Sequence record: MF327005
Reading direction: 5' to 3' (one strand)
From: Shigella phage Sf19
Length of the DNA: 64,000 nt
In this document: piece by piece, positions 60,679 to 64,000 of the stretch
Numbering within the stretch: position 1 is the first letter of the stretch
Layout: each line of letters opens with the position of its first letter
Translations under genes and position numbers: made by a program
Notes under the pieces: model-generated
Database searches by the model: none
What the model saw: the letters and a program-made list of their open reading frames with translations, nothing else
Told to the model about the DNA's origin: nothing

Positions 60679-61168
60679 AGGATTTGGAAATTGCCCTGTT
60701 TATGGACATTGGGTTTCACTGTGCGGGGAAATTGACCCCGCTAACTATTTTGGTTTTGTCTATTTAGTATACTGTAAGAAAACTGGACAATATTATATTG
60801 GAAAGAAACAATTTAATAACGTCACTAAGAAAAAGGTTGCTGGAAAGACCAGACGTAAAGTCGTGACAAAAGAAAGTGATTGGATGACTTATCAAACATC
60901 TTCTGAATACATTAAGAAAGATATTGAATCTTTTGGTGAAAAAGAGTTTGACTTCTACATCATCCAGACTTACTATACGCGAGGTGGCTTAGTTTATGGC
61001 GAAGCTAACCTACAACATAAGTTTGACGTCATGACAAAAAGGATTGACTCTAAGCTTCGACTCTTCTACAATGCAAACATTGCAGCAATCAAGTTTCTTA
61101 CAAAAGAGACTTATGATGAAGCTGAGAAGAGAATCACTAAAATCATGAAACTTAATGAGAGAGTTTAA
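60668..61168 (+). CDS. GIY-YIG-like endonuclease
   Basis: 166 aa; FVYLVYCKKTGQYYIGKK matches GIY-(10)-YIG spacing. Confidence 0.5.
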   Translation: MKIKGFGNCPVYGHWVSLCGEIDPANYFGFVYLVYCKKTGQYYIGKKQFNNVTKKKVAGKTRRKVVTKESDWMTYQTSSEYIKKDIESFGEKEFDFYIIQTYYTRGGLVYGEANLQHKFDVMTKRIDSKLRLFYNANIAAIKFLTKETYDEAEKRITKIMKLNERV

Positions 61169-61385
61169 AATGTTTAATAAAATCAAAAATGACCATGTTT
61201 CTAAAATCCAGAGTGGTGTAGCAGCACTGAAGGAAACTATCAGTAAAGCTAAGTCAGCTACAGAAGCTGAGATGGATGCTCTGGAATCACAAATTCAACA
61301 TCTGTTAAGCAAACGTGTTGAACTCAAAGAACGAATGGACTATATTGAGTCTCAACAAAAGTTGTTTGAAGATAAGGAGGCTTAA
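61155..61385 (+). CDS. hypothetical small coiled-coil protein
   Basis: 76 aa ORF. Confidence 0.4.
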   Translation: MREFKMFNKIKNDHVSKIQSGVAALKETISKAKSATEAEMDALESQIQHLLSKRVELKERMDYIESQQKLFEDKEA

Positions 61386-62140
61386 TGTTTAATTCCAGAG
61401 AATCCGTAAGAAATTGGAATCTACGTTGTGGCAATAATCCAAAAGAACCATACAGCACAGAGTATTGGGAATCACTGAAAAGCCAATCTCTGTGTATGCT
61501 TGAAGAAGCTAGAGAGTTAGTCGCAGCAGTAGAAGCCAAAGACCCTGTTGAGACCCTTGATGCTCAAGCTGATTTGCAGTATGTACTTGATGGTTTAATT
61601 TTCCTGACACAACATGACCATGATGGTGCTATCAAGGCTGTTTGTGAAAACAACAACCTCAAATACACAGACGACTATCAAGAAGCTCTACAGCGAATGT
61701 TTGATATTGAGAAACGTACTGGTGATGAATGTTACCTGCGTCAATCAATCATCGAAGGTAAAGAGTGGTTTGCGATTATTCGCAAGTCTGATGGTAAGAT
61801 TATGAAACAGTCTAATCTTCCAAAAGTTCAACTTGAAAGTTTTATTGCAGAAGTTGACGCAAAAGAATTATTTGTGGTAACATCTGACACATGCGTTATC
61901 TGCCAAGGACTGATTGGAAGTCTTGGTAGTCTTGGCATTAAAAACTTTTCTAAAGTTGAACCAATCTCTTCAAAAGCAGATAAAGATTTCTGCCGTGAGA
62001 ATGGATTATGGCTTGCGGATATTGTGTACTATGATGGTGAGAAGTTCCATGTAACCTCATATCCGAAATTGAATTATGATGCAATCAACCTCAAGCAGTG
62101 GTTGAAAGGAGTCGGTTATAATGGATTCACAGAACATTAA
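61385..62140 (+). CDS. MazG-like NTP pyrophosphohydrolase domain fused to CxxC thioredoxin-fold-like domain
   Basis: N-terminus EEARELVAAVEAKDPVETLDAQADLQYVLDGLIF; C-terminal FVVTSDTCVICQ. Confidence 0.45.
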   Translation: MFNSRESVRNWNLRCGNNPKEPYSTEYWESLKSQSLCMLEEARELVAAVEAKDPVETLDAQADLQYVLDGLIFLTQHDHDGAIKAVCENNNLKYTDDYQEALQRMFDIEKRTGDECYLRQSIIEGKEWFAIIRKSDGKIMKQSNLPKVQLESFIAEVDAKELFVVTSDTCVICQGLIGSLGSLGIKNFSKVEPISSKADKDFCRENGLWLADIVYYDGEKFHVTSYPKLNYDAINLKQWLKGVGYNGFTEH

Positions 62141-62447
62141 TAAAGGTGAAGAAGTGGTGGCAAAAAGCCACTTCTCCAACTACAACCTCTCTATGACAGT
62201 GTTTATGAATGATTCACTGTTAGACAAGTACGGAGAGAAGCCAGAAACGATTCTGGATAATGAACAAGTATTAGCAGCAGTGTTGTATAAGTATGGCTTA
62301 AATATTGATAAACCGTACTCTTACGAGATTTGCCAGCACAGAAATACTTTTGGTAAAGTTGTTGTAGCCCCCCTGTTCATGGGTGTAGAGCGCACAGATG
62401 ACCAGTGGATTTACTTGAAACGAAACTTGGATAGATATCATGTCTAA
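62121..62447 (+). CDS. hypothetical protein
   Basis: 108 aa ORF. Confidence 0.4.
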   Translation: MDSQNINKGEEVVAKSHFSNYNLSMTVFMNDSLLDKYGEKPETILDNEQVLAAVLYKYGLNIDKPYSYEICQHRNTFGKVVVAPLFMGVERTDDQWIYLKRNLDRYHV

Positions 62448-62775
62448 AATTAAGAAGTTAACTAAAGAAGAAATCAAAGCTGGTGAAGAACTAGGCAATG
62501 ATAAGTTTGGTGAGACATTACATCATGGTGACTTTGTAATGTACACTGAAGATTGCAAAGGTCGCAGCGATATCAAATTTGGACGAGTTGTCTGCAAAGT
62601 ACGTGGTAACTTTTCAATTGCAAGACTTGAAGAAGATATTAGTGAGAAACTTGACATGGCATTCGATGAAGGTAAACGTTACTGGTACATGAATACAATG
62701 TCTAAAGGTTCACTAACAAAAGTGTCACAGAAGTTCATTGAACTCTGGGAAAGTAAAAAGATTTTTAGCATTTAA
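62440..62775 (+). CDS. hypothetical protein
   Basis: 111 aa ORF. Confidence 0.4.
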   Translation: MSKIKKLTKEEIKAGEELGNDKFGETLHHGDFVMYTEDCKGRSDIKFGRVVCKVRGNFSIARLEEDISEKLDMAFDEGKRYWYMNTMSKGSLTKVSQKFIELWESKKIFSI

Positions 62776-62782
62776 TCTCTAA

Positions 62783-62806
62783 GGGGTCTCTTCGGAGACC
62801 CTTTTT
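62783..62806 (+). terminator. rho-independent terminator
   Basis: gggtctc-ttcg-gagaccc followed by ttttt. Confidence 0.6.
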
Positions 62807-62826
62807 CACCTGTAGGATTTAATATA

Positions 62827-64000
62827 ATGATTACTACTATTCGCAAATCAGACGGTACAATCGTACCATTCGAACCAGAACGTTTAAATAAGTGGGCTTC
62901 ATGGGCTGACAAGAGAGGAATTATCTGGTCAGAAGTTGTAATGGAAGCTATGAAGCGTGTCTATGAAGGTTGCACAACAAAAGAAATGCACCAAGCTATG
63001 ATTGACGTTTGTATTGATAAGCAAACTCAAGAGTACTCTGATATGGCTGGGAGACTACTTCTTGGCATTATCTACAAAGAAGCTTTTGGTGGATTTACAA
63101 AGGTTCCTCAATTACTTCCATTTGTGATGAAGATGGAGCAGATGGGGCTTTGGGAGCATATGGATTACACACCTGAAGAGATTGACTATTTACAAGGTCA
63201 CATTGTACATTCAAAAGATATCTCTTATGGGTATGCAGTACTGAAGCAGTTCCGTGATAAGTATGGAATCCGTGACATTAAAAGTGGTAAGCTGTTTGAG
63301 TCTCCACAGTTTATGTTCATGGGTATGGCTATGAAATCCTTTGAAAGACAGCCTAAACAGCGCCGTTTAGATGATGTTATTAAGCTCTACACATATCTAT
63401 CTGACCTGAAGATTAATGCCCCTACACCGTATCTGAATGGTCTGAGAGCTACAAAATCTGGCTATGCTTCATGCTGCCTAATTAAAGCAAACGATACTGC
63501 TGAATCTCTTGGCATTGCTACAAAAGTAGCTTATGACATGACCACTAAGCAAGCAGGTATTGGTATGCTGATGGAGACCAGAACAATTGGTGATGGAATC
63601 CGACAAAATACTATTGAGCATATGGGAAAACTCCCTTATTATAAGCTTGTACGTGCTGCTGTAGAAGCTAATAAGCAGAAGAGTCGTGGTGGTTCAGCTA
63701 ATAACTTCTTCACTGCATTAGACCCACAGATTGAGGATTTGCTACGCTTGAAGCACCCTACAACGGTTCCTGCAAAGCGTATTAATGAAATGGATTACTC
63801 ATTTGGTGCAAATGATTACTTCTGGCAATGTGTACAGTACGATACAGATTGGTTGCTATTCTCTTACAAAGACGCACCAAGACTGTATGATATGTTCTAC
63901 ACAGCAAGTGCTGATGAATTTGCTATGGCAGTAGGTCACGCAGTTCATACAGGTGTTAAACATAAACGTGTAAAGGCTCGTGAGGTTGCCAAGTTGTTTA
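62827..64000 (+). CDS. nrdA: ribonucleotide reductase large subunit, class I (3'-truncated by window end)
   Basis: ATG at 62827 (not in ORF track, no stop in window); N-terminal ATP-cone, then NAPTPYLNGLRA and SCCLI region resembling NrdA. Confidence 0.8.
   Translation, partial: MITTIRKSDGTIVPFEPERLNKWASWADKRGIIWSEVVMEAMKRVYEGCTTKEMHQAMIDVCIDKQTQEYSDMAGRLLLGIIYKEAFGGFTKVPQLLPFVMKMEQMGLWEHMDYTPEEIDYLQGHIVHSKDISYGYAVLKQFRDKYGIRDIKSGKLFESPQFMFMGMAMKSFERQPKQRRLDDVIKLYTYLSDLKINAPTPYLNGLRATKSGYASCCLIKANDTAESLGIATKVAYDMTTKQAGIGMLMETRTIGDGIRQNTIEHMGKLPYYKLVRAAVEANKQKSRGGSANNFFTALDPQIEDLLRLKHPTTVPAKRINEMDYSFGANDYFWQCVQYDTDWLLFSYKDAPRLYDMFYTASADEFAMAVGHAVHTGVKHKRVKAREVAKLF

Overview
This 64 kb window reads as a large virulent tailed phage (contractile-tail myovirus layout) of a sigma70-using, probably enterobacterial host, GC roughly 40% by eye; phage family not assigned. 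Left to right: a 1.6 kb repeat-dense non-coding block (650-2225); a minus-strand block of small early genes with a GH24 lysozyme and an Ig-domain protein (2259-10616); a vWA/MIDAS protein (11455-12870) followed by a ~5.5 kb cluster of about 27 tRNA genes interleaved with an HNH endonuclease and several non-tRNA structured RNA elements (13036-18487); the late structural operon from large terminase through tape measure, baseplate and His-rich tail fibres (18707-42820); and a nucleotide-metabolism and replication block (thymidylate synthase, DHFR, ligase, family A DNA polymerase, dNMP kinase, primase-helicase, SSB, 5'-3' exonuclease, start of RNR large subunit). The most interesting candidate is a possible Ro60-like protein plus Y-RNA-like ncRNAs: element D (13916-14044) carries a permuted tRNA-like module inside a conserved terminal stem shared by three simpler elements. 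Other notable points are a perfect 337 bp tandem duplication in the head region, mosaic repeat elements flanking a two-gene cassette, three short tRNAs with Leu anticodons, and a canonical -1 slippery site in the tail chaperone. All calls come from reading the sequence and ORF track by hand; tRNA boundaries are +/- a few nt and no database or folding search was run.
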